Source of the DNA: Gammaproteobacteria bacterium | GTDB taxonomy: Bacteria > Pseudomonadota > Gammaproteobacteria > Eutrophobiales > Eutrophobiaceae | Reading direction: 5' to 3' | Assembly: GCA_965238225.1 (NCBI GenBank) | Contig: OZ250183.1 | Span: 1,088,001-1,152,000 of the forward strand | Length of the DNA: 64,000 bases | Shown here: positions 1-10,442 of the stretch, piece by piece | Position numbering within the stretch: the stretch's first letter is position 1 | Layout of the letters: each line of letters starts with the position of its first letter | Notes under the pieces: model-generated | What the model saw: the letters and a program-made list of their open reading frames with translations, nothing else | Databases searched by the model: none | What the model was told of the DNA's origin: nothing | Program-made: the position numbers and the translations under genes

Positions 1-2687
1 CCGCGAATCTCTTCATGCTCTTTTAGAGTTGTTTCAAGCGTCTGAACTGATGTTCTAGAATCCATCAGGCATTTTCCCGCTAATACTTTTTCTTTAAGTT
101 TTAATTCAAGTTCATTTTTATATTCTTGTGTAGGCTTTTTTTGGTAATTTATAGAATGCTTTATATCTTCAATGCGTTTTTCTAAATGTTCAAGTTGAAT
201 CTGGTTACGCTTCATTCCCTGCTCTAAAAATGCACGTTGTGAACTTATTGATTCAAGCTGCAGCGCTATATTATGACTCTTGTTATGTGTTGACTTCCAG
301 CTTTGGCGTGCATTTTCTAATAAAGATTTTCGTTGCTCTTTTAAGTTAATTAAGGTTTCACGTTCATTTTCAATATCCTTATGACTGCCAGAGATACTTG
401 TCAAATTATTATGAATAGTTTCTATTTCGAATTGATCATCTTTTATTTGTTCTTTCAAAACAATGAGTTCTTTATTAATTTTTTCAGTTCTTATTTCAGC
501 TTGTTCTTGTTGCACATAACTAGCGGCTAATAACGCACGAAGACCGGACAACTCTTCTTGATTTTTGCGTAGTCCCAGCTGTACATCATTCAATGCTTGC
601 TCTGTTTCATCATATAAAACTTTACTGTTTTCAATATTCGTTTCAAGTTTCTGCAATTGCTGCTCTGCTATTTTATGCCTAGACTTGAGCTCTTGAATTT
701 CCTGCTCTCTGGTCAAAGCTCTGTTTTGTTCATTCATGCCTCTGCAGATCCTAGACCAACCACAACCAAGCCATATCCCATCATGGGTAATAACAGATTC
801 ATTACCTTTTAATTGCTTTCTAATTTTTTTTGCTGCCTCAAGATTTTCTGCAATATAAATACCTTCAAGCAACCCAGATAGTGAGAAAGAAGTATTAATT
901 TTATCTGATAGGCGAGTGAATACAGTCTGTTCTTCTGATATCTTATCTACTGTTTTTGCAGAAATAATACCCAGATTCCCTTCGCTTAAAGTGGTTAATT
1001 TTTCTGTATATTGTTCATGATTATTAACGATGATGTCTTGTAGATTGTCTTCCATGACAGTTTCAACAATACGCACCCAGTCTGCTTCAACTTCCATTTG
1101 TTGCGCTAATCTTGGATTATTAGCGAGTCCTGTAGACTCAAGCCAATGATTGATTTTTTCCCGATCTTTACCAAAGGAAGATTGCTGTAATGCCTCAAGT
1201 GATGATAAACGACCTTCTAACTGCTGCTGCGTGCGACGTTTGTTATCAGCCTCTTCGTTTAGTGTTTGAGTTTCATTACGTAGAGATAATAATGCTTTAC
1301 GTTTTTCTTCCAGTTGGCGCGTAAAATCAGTTTGTTTTTTCTCTAATGCCTTTGCCGAAGCTTGTTGTTCTTTGATTACTTTACCTATCGCATTTTCATC
1401 AATAGCATCTAACTCCTGCTCTAGTATTTTCTGGTCTTGCTGTGATTCTTCAATACCTTGTTGTAGATATTCTAGTCGCATTTTACTCATCTGTTCTTGG
1501 TTTAAATAATCCGCAGATGTTTCGTTAAAAGTATCCCACTCAGCTTGCCAAGCCTGAATCACCTCTTCAGCTTCATTTAGAGATTCATAAGCTTTGTCGC
1601 TTTCATTCTTGGAGTCTTGTAGCTTTGGTTCCAACGCACTGGCAGTTGCCGCAAGCGCTTCCAGCTTGTCTTTATCTTGTTGTAGATGTTGATTAGCATC
1701 AGCCTTTTCATGTTGAGCATGTTCTGTATCCTGTTCAGCAGACAAAACTCTCTCTTTAGCATGCTGAATTTTTTGTTCGAGCTGAGAAATATTGCCATCA
1801 ACACCATAAAAATTTGATTGCGCAGTATTAAAGACTTCATGAGCTGAACTTAAATCATCACGATATTTCTCTACAGCGCTCTCCAGCTGTCGCAATTCTG
1901 CGTAATTAGCCTCAACGTGGTTTTCTTGAGTAATTACAAGCTGTTCCTCGTTTTGCATATGACTTTTCAGATGCTTCCAGTTGAGCGCCAATAGTTCTGC
2001 CTGAAGTTGGCGCTCTTCTTTTTTGAAGTTCTGATATTTTTCAGCAGCTTTTGCCTGGTGTTGCAGATGATTGAGCTGTTTTTCTAACTCATTACGAATG
2101 TCTGCAAGCCTACTAATATTTTCCCTAGTGTGCTCTATCCTGTTCTCAGTTTCTCTACGCCTTTCTTTGTATTTGGAGATTCCAGCAGCTTCCTCAATGA
2201 AGGTACGTAATTCATCTGGTTTGGCTTCAACCAAACGGGAAATCATTCCCTGTTCAATAATGGCATAACTTCTAGGACCTAAACCGGTTCCAAGAAAAAT
2301 TTCCTGGATATCCCGACGACGACATCGCGTACCATTAAGGTAATATACTGAGACCGCATCACGATTAATTTGTCTTTTAACAGATATTTCGCTGTAACTG
2401 GCGTATTGGCCACCTGCTTTACCTTCCGAATTATCAAAAAGCAATTCTACGACGGCCTGACCAACAGGATTCCTAGACGTTGAACCATTAAAAATGACAT
2501 CGGTAAGAGAGTTGCCGCGCAGATGTTTTGCGGAGCTTTCCCCCATAACCCACATGACAGCATCAATAATATTGGATTTACCGCAGCCGTTAGGTCCAAC
2601 CACGCCCACTAGATTTCCTGGTATGTTAAGTGTGCTTGGGTCGGCGAAGGATTTGAATCCGGCTAATTTAATTTTGCACAAACGCAT
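1..2687 (-). CDS. smc: Chromosome segregation protein SMC (5' part; runs off the left edge)
   Basis: Minus strand from ATG at 2687 reads MRLCKIKLAGFKSFADP...VGPNGCGKSNIIDAVMWVMGE (SMC Walker A head), followed by long coiled-coil sequence. Absent from the ORF track because there is no stop inside the window. Confidence 0.95.
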   Translation of the reverse strand, partial: MRLCKIKLAGFKSFADPSTLNIPGNLVGVVGPNGCGKSNIIDAVMWVMGESSAKHLRGNSLTDVIFNGSTSRNPVGQAVVELLFDNSEGKAGGQYASYSEISVKRQINRDAVSVYYLNGTRCRRRDIQEIFLGTGLGPRSYAIIEQGMISRLVEAKPDELRTFIEEAAGISKYKERRRETENRIEHTRENISRLADIRNELEKQLNHLQHQAKAAEKYQNFKKEERQLQAELLALNWKHLKSHMQNEEQLVITQENHVEANYAELRQLESAVEKYRDDLSSAHEVFNTAQSNFYGVDGNISQLEQKIQHAKERVLSAEQDTEHAQHEKADANQHLQQDKDKLEALAATASALEPKLQDSKNESDKAYESLNEAEEVIQAWQAEWDTFNETSADYLNQEQMSKMRLEYLQQGIEESQQDQKILEQELDAIDENAIGKVIKEQQASAKALEKKQTDFTRQLEEKRKALLSLRNETQTLNEEADNKRRTQQQLEGRLSSLEALQQSSFGKDREKINHWLESTGLANNPRLAQQMEVEADWVRIVETVMEDNLQDIIVNNHEQYTEKLTTLSEGNLGIISAKTVDKISEEQTVFTRLSDKINTSFSLSGLLEGIYIAENLEAAKKIRKQLKGNESVITHDGIWLGCGWSRICRGMNEQNRALTREQEIQELKSRHKIAEQQLQKLETNIENSKVLYDETEQALNDVQLGLRKNQEELSGLRALLAASYVQQEQAEIRTEKINKELIVLKEQIKDDQFEIETIHNNLTSISGSHKDIENERETLINLKEQRKSLLENARQSWKSTHNKSHNIALQLESISSQRAFLEQGMKRNQIQLEHLEKRIEDIKHSINYQKKPTQEYKNELELKLKEKVLAGKCLMDSRTSVQTLETTLKEHEEIR

Positions 2688-2884
2688 GGGACGTTACAAT
2701 ACAAAGATTAGGCGATACAAACAAGCAAAACAAAAAACTATTATTAACATTAAGTATAATATTTATATATATAATTAATATAGTAATATTACTATTTATT
2801 TAAGCTTTTAATTAACTTATTTCAGCAACTTTTATTAAAATCATGCTATGGTTTGTACGTATTGTTTTTTAAACAACATCAGAC

Positions 2885-3274
2885 ATGAACGCGAGACCTT
2901 CAGGACAATTAGAAACCTTTTCAAACCCATCACCTGAAAGGGATTATACAATTCATATTTCAACTCATGAATTTACTTGTTTATGCCCAAAAACTGGTAA
3001 ACCAGATTTTGCAACATTGGAGCTTGACTACATCCCTAACGCGCTTTGCATCGAACTTAAAGCATTAAAGTGTTATATCTGGTCATACAGAGATAAAGGC
3101 ACTTTTCATGAGGCGGTTACCAACCAGATTTTAGAAGATATTGCCGCAGTAATCTCTCCTAAATTTATGCGAATCACAACAAAATTTAATGTGAGAGGCG
3201 GCTTATACACAAGCGTTGTTGTAGAACAAAAAATGGAGGGTTGGCGCCCAAAAGAAATAATTATTCTGCCTTGA
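2885..3274 (+). CDS. queF: NADPH-dependent 7-cyano-7-deazaguanine reductase (type I QueF)
   Basis: [25 protein letters not shown] and RGG motifs. Confidence 0.95.
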   Translation: MNARPSGQLETFSNPSPERDYTIHISTHEFTCLCPKTGKPDFATLELDYIPNALCIELKALKCYIWSYRDKGTFHEAVTNQILEDIAAVISPKFMRITTKFNVRGGLYTSVVVEQKMEGWRPKEIIILP

Positions 3275-3790
3275 TGGCCGATTTCTCAGGCTTCAAATAT
3301 GCTTTCTCTGGGATTTAAATTAATCATTCAGCTTGGCATTAGTATCTATTATACTCAGCCCTCTTTTGATCAGCTCACTCTTGTTTGTATCTGTGATTGC
3401 CTATGGCGAGCGCGCGCTATCTGAACTTATTGATGCTTGGAATAATTGTTATGCCTGCCACAGTTGCCAGCGCAAGTAAAATGTGGATGGATAAACCAAA
3501 ACCAAAAAAATTACTTGCAATTCTTGATATATTGTTGTTTATAATCGTTTTAGTCCAAAATGGTTTGGGTAAAAATCATTACCTACATACGAACAAAAGT
3601 CATGGGGTTAATAGCTCTAATTGGCATTAGGAGATATTATCATGGCTGTAGGTCTTGTTACACATACTTGCCGATGTTATCGGCTCATAACAATTCAGTC
3701 TATTTATAAGAAATCTTGGTTGCCTCAAGGTCGTCTTTCTGGTATTTATACGCAAATTACTATTTGTTAAGTGGTTGGAGTAACTAGGCT

Positions 3791-4645
3791 ATGCCTCCCA
3801 AGAGAAAGACAAAAAGAGTTGCGAAGAAAAAAACAAATTTCGCAAAATCCGTATTCAGCAGAATCCAACCAAAAAAGAGAATAGCTAAAAAAGCTATAAA
3901 GAAGAAGCCTCCGACAAAAAAGAAAATAGCTAAAAAAGCTACAAAGAAGAAGCCTCCGACAAAAAAGAAAATAGCTAAAAAAGCTACAAAGAAGAAGCCT
4001 CCGACAAAAAAGAAAATAGCTAAAAAAGCTACAAAGAAGAAGCCTCCGACAAAAAAGAAAATAGCTAAAAAAGCTACAAAGAAGAAGCCTGCGACAAAAA
4101 AGAAAATAGCTAAAAAAGCTACAAAGAAGAAGCCTCCCACAAAAAAGAAAATAGTTAAAAAAGCTATAAAGAAGAAGCCTGCGAGGAAGGCAGGCAATAT
4201 AAAAAAATCACCCACACAAAAAATAAAATCATTAACAAAAAATAAAATCACCCCTTATAAAAAGAAAAAAAATAATAAAGATTATATGAGCTTAGAACAA
4301 ACTGAATATTTCAGAGGAATTTTGCTTGCTTGGAGAGGAGGGTTAATGCAAGAAGTTGACAGAACAGTGGCTCACATGCAAGACGATGCTACCAATTTCC
4401 CAGATCCAAATGATCGTGCGTCACAAGAAGAAGAATTTACACTAGAATTACGTACGCGAGACAGGGAACGTAAACTTATTTCCAAGATAAATGAATCTAT
4501 TGCCATGCTGGATTCTGCTGACTACGGATTTTGCGAAATTTGTGGAGTAGAGATTGGTGTTCGCAGACTAGAAGCACGCCCAACCGCAACTCAATGCATA
4601 GACTGTAAAACTTTAGATGAAATTAAGGAGCGTCATCTGAGCTAA
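3791..4645 (+). CDS. dksA: RNA polymerase-binding transcription factor DksA with a long Lys/Ala/Pro-rich N-terminal extension
   Basis: The C-terminal ~125 aa have the DPNDRA coiled-coil tip and the CEIC...CIDC zinc finger. The N-terminal ~160 aa are basic repeats. Confidence 0.95.
   Translation: MPPKRKTKRVAKKKTNFAKSVFSRIQPKKRIAKKAIKKKPPTKKKIAKKATKKKPPTKKKIAKKATKKKPPTKKKIAKKATKKKPPTKKKIAKKATKKKPATKKKIAKKATKKKPPTKKKIVKKAIKKKPARKAGNIKKSPTQKIKSLTKNKITPYKKKKNNKDYMSLEQTEYFRGILLAWRGGLMQEVDRTVAHMQDDATNFPDPNDRASQEEEFTLELRTRDRERKLISKINESIAMLDSADYGFCEICGVEIGVRRLEARPTATQCIDCKTLDEIKERHLS
3872..4186 (+). repeat. 45-bp coding tandem repeat x7 (KKKIAKKATKKKPPT)
   Basis: Seven near-identical 15-aa units are visible in both DNA and protein. 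Confidence 0.95.
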
Positions 4646-4728
4646 GTTTTATTTTTATGGTCATTATTCAGATTCTGATATTTACCAGACCATGATTTGC
4701 TAGGCTATTAGATCATCGAATGTCGATA

Positions 4729-5950
4729 ATAGGTTGATTCGCACTCCCGCCCACTGGTTCGTTACATTTTAGATCGACTGTGGCCGCCGTTGCCAGTTAT
4801 ATGCATGCAAAAAGCCAGCATGGCAAATGGTTGGCACGCATGGACGATATAGATATCTCTCGCAAGCAAAAAAGTATTCCGATACTTCCATCCTAAAATC
4901 AATCGAGACATTAGGCCTGTATTGGGATGATAAAATCTTATTCCAGAGTCATCTGGCAAAGGATTTTACCATGAAGCTTTGAACCTTCTTTCATTCGAAT
5001 AGGTTGACTTGTAAAAGCCGTAATATTTTCTGCATGCTCCTAGCCAAACTCGATGTCAGTTTGATGAATGCCAGAATCAGATAAACACACATCGAAATCC
5101 AAGTTTGGGTCAGCACGGCATTCTTGCTAATATCGATAGACGATTTAATTTTCAGGTTTTGTTTGATCCGCTTGAAAAACAGTTCGACCTGCCACTTGAC
5201 CTTATAAATATCTGCAATGGTTTTTGCGCAGAGTTTAAAGTTATTCGTCAGAAACGTATATCGTTTGACCTGTGATGCTGTCCTTAAATAACGAATTCGT
5301 CGAAGTGGCACAAGACATTTCTTTGCAGTCTGTGCACCCGTCAATTTAATCGTTTGATCACAGATCAATCCTTTGCTCTTGAGTATGGTGCTGGCATCCA
5401 GTAAATTTACTTGATTCTCCGTTTTAATTCAATAGGTTACAGACAAGCTCATTGTATCAAACCGACGAAGAGCCAAGTCGTTTCCTTTTATTGTTAACGG
5501 GGTGGCAGTGAATTTTAATAATAAAATCCAAAGTAGTTCTAAACAAAATTCAGGGACTGAAACAGGAGATTTTATTGTACGTCGTGCCGATGGTTTTTGT
5601 TGCTTATCATCTGGCAACCGTCATCGATGATCTTTGCTAGGAAATTACTGAAATTTTAAGAGGTGCAGATTTACTGGATGCGACATCTAAACAAATTTAT
5701 TTGCAGAACGTACTCAATTACGCATGCACTTGCGCATGCGCATTTACCTACCGCCGTTGATAAACAAGGGTATGAATTAAGTAAACAATGTCATGTAAAA
5801 CCCATTGATGATGCAGATTCTGTAACAATATTGATTCTAGCGCTTGATTTCTTAGGGTAATATCCCGAAAAATCATTAACGCTAAGGAAGTGTGGATGAA
5901 ATTATTCAATGGGGAATTAAACATTGGTCATTGGAGAAAATTCCCCGACT
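4729..5950 (+). pseudogene. gluQ: Glutamyl-Q tRNA(Asp) synthetase pseudogene, interrupted by an IS4 fragment
   Basis: Manual translation gives IG*FALPPTGSLHF...SYMHAKSQHGKWLARMDDID and ETLGLYWDDKILFQS. After the IS it continues GDFIVRRADG, AYHLATVIDD, EILRGADLLD and HLPTAVDKQGYELSKQ. It has stops and frameshifts and lies in the conserved position after dksA. Confidence 0.9.
4991..5400 (-). mobile_element. IS4-family transposase fragment (C-terminal part only)
   Basis: FLTNNFKLCAKTIADIYKVKWQVELFFKRIKQNLKIK matches the IS4 Y-x2-R-x3-E-x6-K region, with R changed to K. No N-terminus or terminal repeats were recognised. Confidence 0.85.
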
Positions 5951-6288
5951 AAATTCAATTGCAGTAGAAAATTATTAGGGATTTACCGCAAATAAAATAT
6001 ATTTATTGTCATACAATGCATTTTATAGGTATGTCAGTGACAGCTGTAGAGTTTTCAACGCTTTCTTTCAAATAATTTAATAAATATCTTGGGTCAAATA
6101 TTTTTAGATATGAGATAATTAGCAAATAACAGTAAATAAAATAACCAATAAATAGCTATTTTCTTTCATTAGGTAAAATAACTAAAAAAACTAAAAATTA
6201 GTTTAGAAATATCTAGTTTAGAAATAAATTTAAAAAATTAACTATCATAATAGTGCGCTATTATATTAATAACCTGTACTTAAATGCC

Positions 6289-6936
6289 ATGTTAAAACGA
6301 CCACAATGTCTCTTATTATTGATTCTTTCAACGAATGTATTTGCTGTAGACAAGGTCGTTGTCCTAGGTCTATTACAAAATAAAGCCGTCGTCAATATAG
6401 ATGGTAAACAGAGATTACTTAAAGCTGGCAAACCAAGTTCGGAAGGTGTCTTGCTTGTCTCGGCAAACTCTAAAGAGGCAATCATCGAAATTGATGGCAA
6501 ACAAAACACTTACATATTGGGACAAGGTATAAATAGCAATTTTGCAAAACCAGCAGCAGGTAAATCAATTACTATTACATCTGACAGAAGCGGTGCATAC
6601 ACAGTCAACGGCAGCATTAATGGATTTCAAGTAAACTTTCTGGTCGATACTGGTGCGTCGTTTGTTTCAATGAATGGCAACGATGCTAGGCGCATGGGTA
6701 TCGAATACAGACTTGAGGGGAAAGAAGGCTTATCATCAACAGCCTCTGGTGTGGACAAAGTATATTTCGTTAATCTTGAAACTGTGGCGGTAGGAGACAT
6801 TAAAATACATAATGTAGGAGGTTCGGTTCGTTCTGGTAATTTTCCTAAGATTATATTATTAGGGAATGCCTTTCTCAATAAAGTTAAAATGATTCGTGAA
6901 GGTAATTTTCTTAAGTTAGAAGAAAAACCATATTAA
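6289..6936 (+). CDS. Secreted clan AA (retropepsin-like) aspartic protease, TIGR02281 type
   Basis: Signal-peptide-like N-terminus, FLVDTGAS catalytic motif and ILLGNAFL. Confidence 0.85.
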   Translation: MLKRPQCLLLLILSTNVFAVDKVVVLGLLQNKAVVNIDGKQRLLKAGKPSSEGVLLVSANSKEAIIEIDGKQNTYILGQGINSNFAKPAAGKSITITSDRSGAYTVNGSINGFQVNFLVDTGASFVSMNGNDARRMGIEYRLEGKEGLSSTASGVDKVYFVNLETVAVGDIKIHNVGGSVRSGNFPKIILLGNAFLNKVKMIREGNFLKLEEKPY

Positions 6937-6969
6937 GAAGATAATTTGTAAAAATAATTTTTAATATCT

Positions 6970-7539
6970 TTATTGGTTTAAATTTTCACCATCAAGCCTT
7001 TCGCTTCTCCAGTATATTTCCTGACCTCCATCACTAAGCGCAAGTGTTCTGGCAAAGATAAATAATAAATCAGATAATCTATTTAAAAATTCAAGAGATA
7101 TCTTATTGATAGAAGATTTTTTGGATAAGCGTACAAGTTGCCGCTCTGCTCGACGACAAACTGTACGTGCATAATGACACTTTGCAGCTGATGCAGAACC
7201 TCCTGGAAGAATGAATTCTTTCAACGGCTCTAAGGATGCATTATATTTATCAATAATCTTTTCAAGATATTCAACGCGTGCTCTGGAAACCATCTTGATA
7301 TTAAACATGGCAAGTTCTCCGCCTAGATCAAATAAAATATGTTGTATATCTAATAAATGGTTCTGAATTTTTATATCAATATCGTCTGCAATTAATAGCC
7401 CTAATAAACTATTTAATTCATCAACATCACCAAAGACATTGACTCTGTCACTGTCTTTTTCGACTCTACTACCATTCGCCAAACCAGTAGTTCCATCATC
7501 ACCTGTTCTCGTATAGATTTTTGAAAGTCGATGTCCCAT
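6970..7539 (-). CDS. PduO-type cob(I)alamin adenosyltransferase
   Basis: KIYTRTGDDGTT, GDVDELNS, RTVCRRAER and NRLSDLLF motifs. Confidence 0.93.
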   Translation of the reverse strand: MGHRLSKIYTRTGDDGTTGLANGSRVEKDSDRVNVFGDVDELNSLLGLLIADDIDIKIQNHLLDIQHILFDLGGELAMFNIKMVSRARVEYLEKIIDKYNASLEPLKEFILPGGSASAAKCHYARTVCRRAERQLVRLSKKSSINKISLEFLNRLSDLLFIFARTLALSDGGQEIYWRSERLDGENLNQ

Positions 7540-7569
7540 AAAAACCTCGTTATAATTATCTTGTTAATC

Positions 7570-7832
7570 TTGCACCCTAATTGCCCGTGGTAAATCAGTT
7601 CTCAGTATATGCACATTAGGGTGTGTCGCGCTTGTTTCTAATTGACATCGTACCAATTTTATCAATTTCAATAACTTGATGCATTTTCAGGAATGATATT
7701 TTTTGTCACAATTGGTAAACCAACAACATCCGCGGAATAATCACATTCATGTGTTACTCCAGCCAAATGTTCTCGCAGTCCTACTGAACAGATGATTTCC
7801 GTCGCACTAGGGAGAAGCGAAGCAATCTTCAT
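7570..7832 (-). pseudogene. Truncated BtuF/TroA-like cobalamin-binding protein
   Basis: ATG at 7832 overlaps the upstream stop (ATGA). It reads MKIASLLPSATEIICSVGLREHLAGVTHECDY...SSY*, then shifts frame (EIDK). Only ~260 bp remain, far short of a full gene. Confidence 0.8.
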
Positions 7833-8356
7833 ATTATTTTTACCGTTGTATCATTGCTACTTAAGGGCCAATGTTGAAACCCTTCATAAGCTCCAAACAA
7901 GATACTGCAATAAAATATATCGGCAAATAACGCCTTTCCAAAATATGGAATCCCGTTAACATAACACAATAATAATCCATCAATCGTGTGTGGGTAATAA
8001 ACCCACCAGAAACTCGCGTTTGACAAAATAAAAAATATTAACGCAGCAACAAAAATGGCCGAACCCATATTTAAAAAAGTACGCTTCTTACTAAGCAATA
8101 GTTTTCCGATACACGCTGAAGCAGCAAAACCAATATAAACAGAGAGCATTATAATTGCACTGTAAAATCCTATGAAGACATCACATATTAGCAATGCCAT
8201 TAAAGGAACTGCCCACGACCATCGATAATTCATGTAAGCACCAGAAAATAATCCCAGAGCACCGATAGGCGTAAATCCTGATGGATGCGGTATTAATCGA
8301 GAAAACGCTACCAATATAATAAGTAAAGAAACCGCAAGTAAGTTTTTCTTTTGCAT
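7829..8356 (-). CDS. DUF6580-type integral membrane protein, putative cobalamin transporter (S-component-like)
   Basis: About 6 hydrophobic segments and an RLIPHPSGFTPIGALGLFSGA signature. It lies directly after btuB, under the cobalamin riboswitch. Confidence 0.7.
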   Translation of the reverse strand: MQKKNLLAVSLLIILVAFSRLIPHPSGFTPIGALGLFSGAYMNYRWSWAVPLMALLICDVFIGFYSAIIMLSVYIGFAASACIGKLLLSKKRTFLNMGSAIFVAALIFFILSNASFWWVYYPHTIDGLLLCYVNGIPYFGKALFADIFYCSILFGAYEGFQHWPLSSNDTTVKII

Positions 8357-8375
8357 AATAGCGCTCCGTTTAAGG

Positions 8376-10319
8376 TTAAAAATTAATCTTTAAACCCACG
8401 ATACCACTTACGCCTGCCGTCTGAAAGCCTAAGACATCTACATAATTTTCGTCTAACAGGTTTTGAACTCTGGCATTAATATTTACGTTCTTTGTAATAT
8501 GGTAAGAAGCTGCTAAATTAACCAATACATAACTACTCAAATCAACTGCTGCCTGTGTGGCAAAATTTGTATCTCTTCGCGTTCCTGTGTGGCTAATATT
8601 CAAATTTACATTTCCACGGTTGCCAAAAAAATTGTAATTCAGATTCAAATGACTCGTAGTTTTTGGACGACGCATCTCCAGTATTTGATTCCCTACTGCA
8701 TTAGCTTCTGTGGCATCCAACCAAGTGTGTGTGCCCGTGAACTCAAGATTATCGCTCAGTTTCGCATCTACAGTTATTTCAACGCCTTGCCGTTTGCTCG
8801 TGCCATTGATATTTATCGCTGTAAAACCAGCGCCATTAAAGAAAAAACCATTAATTTCATCGTCTAATCTTGAATTAAAATAAGTAATGTCAGCATTAGC
8901 CTTATCATTCCACAACACTTGTGTAATACCTACATCCCAAGACTTGGATTTTTCAGGGTTCAAATCTGGATTACCAATAAAAGTGTTCGCATAGAACCCG
9001 AATCGGTCACTAAATGTTGGACGTTTGATACCTGTGGCATAACTTCCATGTAATCGTGTTCCCCAATCAAGCAGCTTATAAGCTCCTGTGATTTGATAGA
9101 TCGTTGTATCGTCAAAGTCTGAATTGTCGTCATATCGTATATTGCCAGATACGAATAAACGTTCCCACAAACCTACACGATAGCCCAAAACAAGCCCTGT
9201 CGTTGTTATATTTTGTTTCTGATTTGGATCAAAACTAAGGAACGCTGTGCCACGTTGAGTAAATAGATCTCTTTCATAATCAATACCAAGCGTTAAAATA
9301 TGCGAAGCACTGCTGGGATTCTCCGTATCAAGATAAAAATTGGTTTTATAGTCAAATCGAAATTTCTTTCCTTGTGTACTATTTGATTCATTGCCGGAAA
9401 TAAAATGATTGTTTTCAGTGCTGGTAATCGCAACACCTGCAATATGTTCCCATGCATCATTAAATAAGCTCAATGATATTTTGCTTCTCAGATAATCTTG
9501 ATTGGTTTTGGTTTCTCTATCAGCATCGATAGCGAAACCCGTTACTAAGAAATCTTGATCATCAGTCTCATTATTTGCCTTTGTATGCCTGCCGGTAATG
9601 TCAATTTTCAAATTATCAAAGGCAACCGTACCCGCTGCAAAAGAAATAGTAGCATTCTCATAAGCATCGTCTTCATCCCCTGCGGGCGCAATATTGCTTC
9701 CCGCTGAATTCAAATATGAACCCTGTAAATTATAATGATATCCGTCGCCACTTCCCGAAATACCACCGCCAGCATTAAAAGTACCAAAAGATCCTGTTTC
9801 CAAAAAGGTTGACAGTGTTATTGGCCCGCTGCCTTTCTTGGTGATGATATTAATAACCCCAGAAAGCGCATCGCTGCCATAAAGCGCACTCTGCGGACCT
9901 CTTATAATTTCAATGCGTTCAATATTTGTCGTCATCAAATGTGCAAAGTCAAATTCATCTCCAGACGCAATATCATTAGCTTCTATACCATCAATAAGCA
10001 CCAGTAATTGATTGGCTTCTGCTCCACGAATCCTAAGCTGTATTTGACTGCCAATACTACCGCCGTTACTAATAGAAAACCCAGGAACATCACGCAATAA
10101 ATCTGCAATTTGCACTGCCTGCCGTTGTTTAATTTGTGTCTCAGTAATAACAGTATAAGAACTACCGATTTCATTAATAGTAATAGGCGTATGCGAACCT
10201 GTGACAATAATATGATCAGATTCAGAAATACCTGATTCTGCAAACACAGGAAATGAAATGAAATAAACAATTAAAAAATTAATAAAAAACAATATACGGA
10301 TCATGAAAACGATCTCCAT
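8376..10319 (-). CDS. btuB: TonB-dependent vitamin B12 receptor
   Basis: Signal peptide, IIVTGS TonB box, plug motifs (LVLIDG; IERIEIIRGPQSALYGSDALSGVINIITK) and a C-terminal F. It is the first gene after the cobalamin riboswitch. The start may instead be 10304. Confidence 0.85.
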   Translation of the reverse strand: MEIVFMIRILFFINFLIVYFISFPVFAESGISESDHIIVTGSHTPITINEIGSSYTVITETQIKQRQAVQIADLLRDVPGFSISNGGSIGSQIQLRIRGAEANQLLVLIDGIEANDIASGDEFDFAHLMTTNIERIEIIRGPQSALYGSDALSGVINIITKKGSGPITLSTFLETGSFGTFNAGGGISGSGDGYHYNLQGSYLNSAGSNIAPAGDEDDAYENATISFAAGTVAFDNLKIDITGRHTKANNETDDQDFLVTGFAIDADRETKTNQDYLRSKISLSLFNDAWEHIAGVAITSTENNHFISGNESNSTQGKKFRFDYKTNFYLDTENPSSASHILTLGIDYERDLFTQRGTAFLSFDPNQKQNITTTGLVLGYRVGLWERLFVSGNIRYDDNSDFDDTTIYQITGAYKLLDWGTRLHGSYATGIKRPTFSDRFGFYANTFIGNPDLNPEKSKSWDVGITQVLWNDKANADITYFNSRLDDEINGFFFNGAGFTAININGTSKRQGVEITVDAKLSDNLEFTGTHTWLDATEANAVGNQILEMRRPKTTSHLNLNYNFFGNRGNVNLNISHTGTRRDTNFATQAAVDLSSYVLVNLAASYHITKNVNINARVQNLLDENYVDVLGFQTAGVSGIVGLKINF

Positions 10320-10442
10320 TTGCTTGATTCCCGTCCTAGATCGAGAAAATAAATGGTATATCGCTATGAAGATTGATGCGGAGAGAATAAGAAAGCAGAC
10401 CTATCAAACCGTTATCATCGCCCACCGCGATATGATTCTGGC

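Noticed and set aside
3275-3790. Possible decayed membrane-protein gene between queF and dksA (ORF 3397-3630)
   Set aside because: Hydrophobic fragments hint at a remnant, but I could not assign a family with confidence.
3872-4186. CRISPR-like periodicity
   Set aside because: The units are contiguous, in-frame coding repeats with no unique spacers, and no cas genes are present.
3784-4251. 155-aa Phe-rich minus-strand ORF
   Set aside because: Antisense shadow of the lysine-codon repeats in dksA.
4735-4737. In-frame TGA in gluQ as selenocysteine or recoding
   Set aside because: It falls at a conserved Arg (CGA to TGA) in a gene with many other lesions, and other genes here use TGA as a normal stop.
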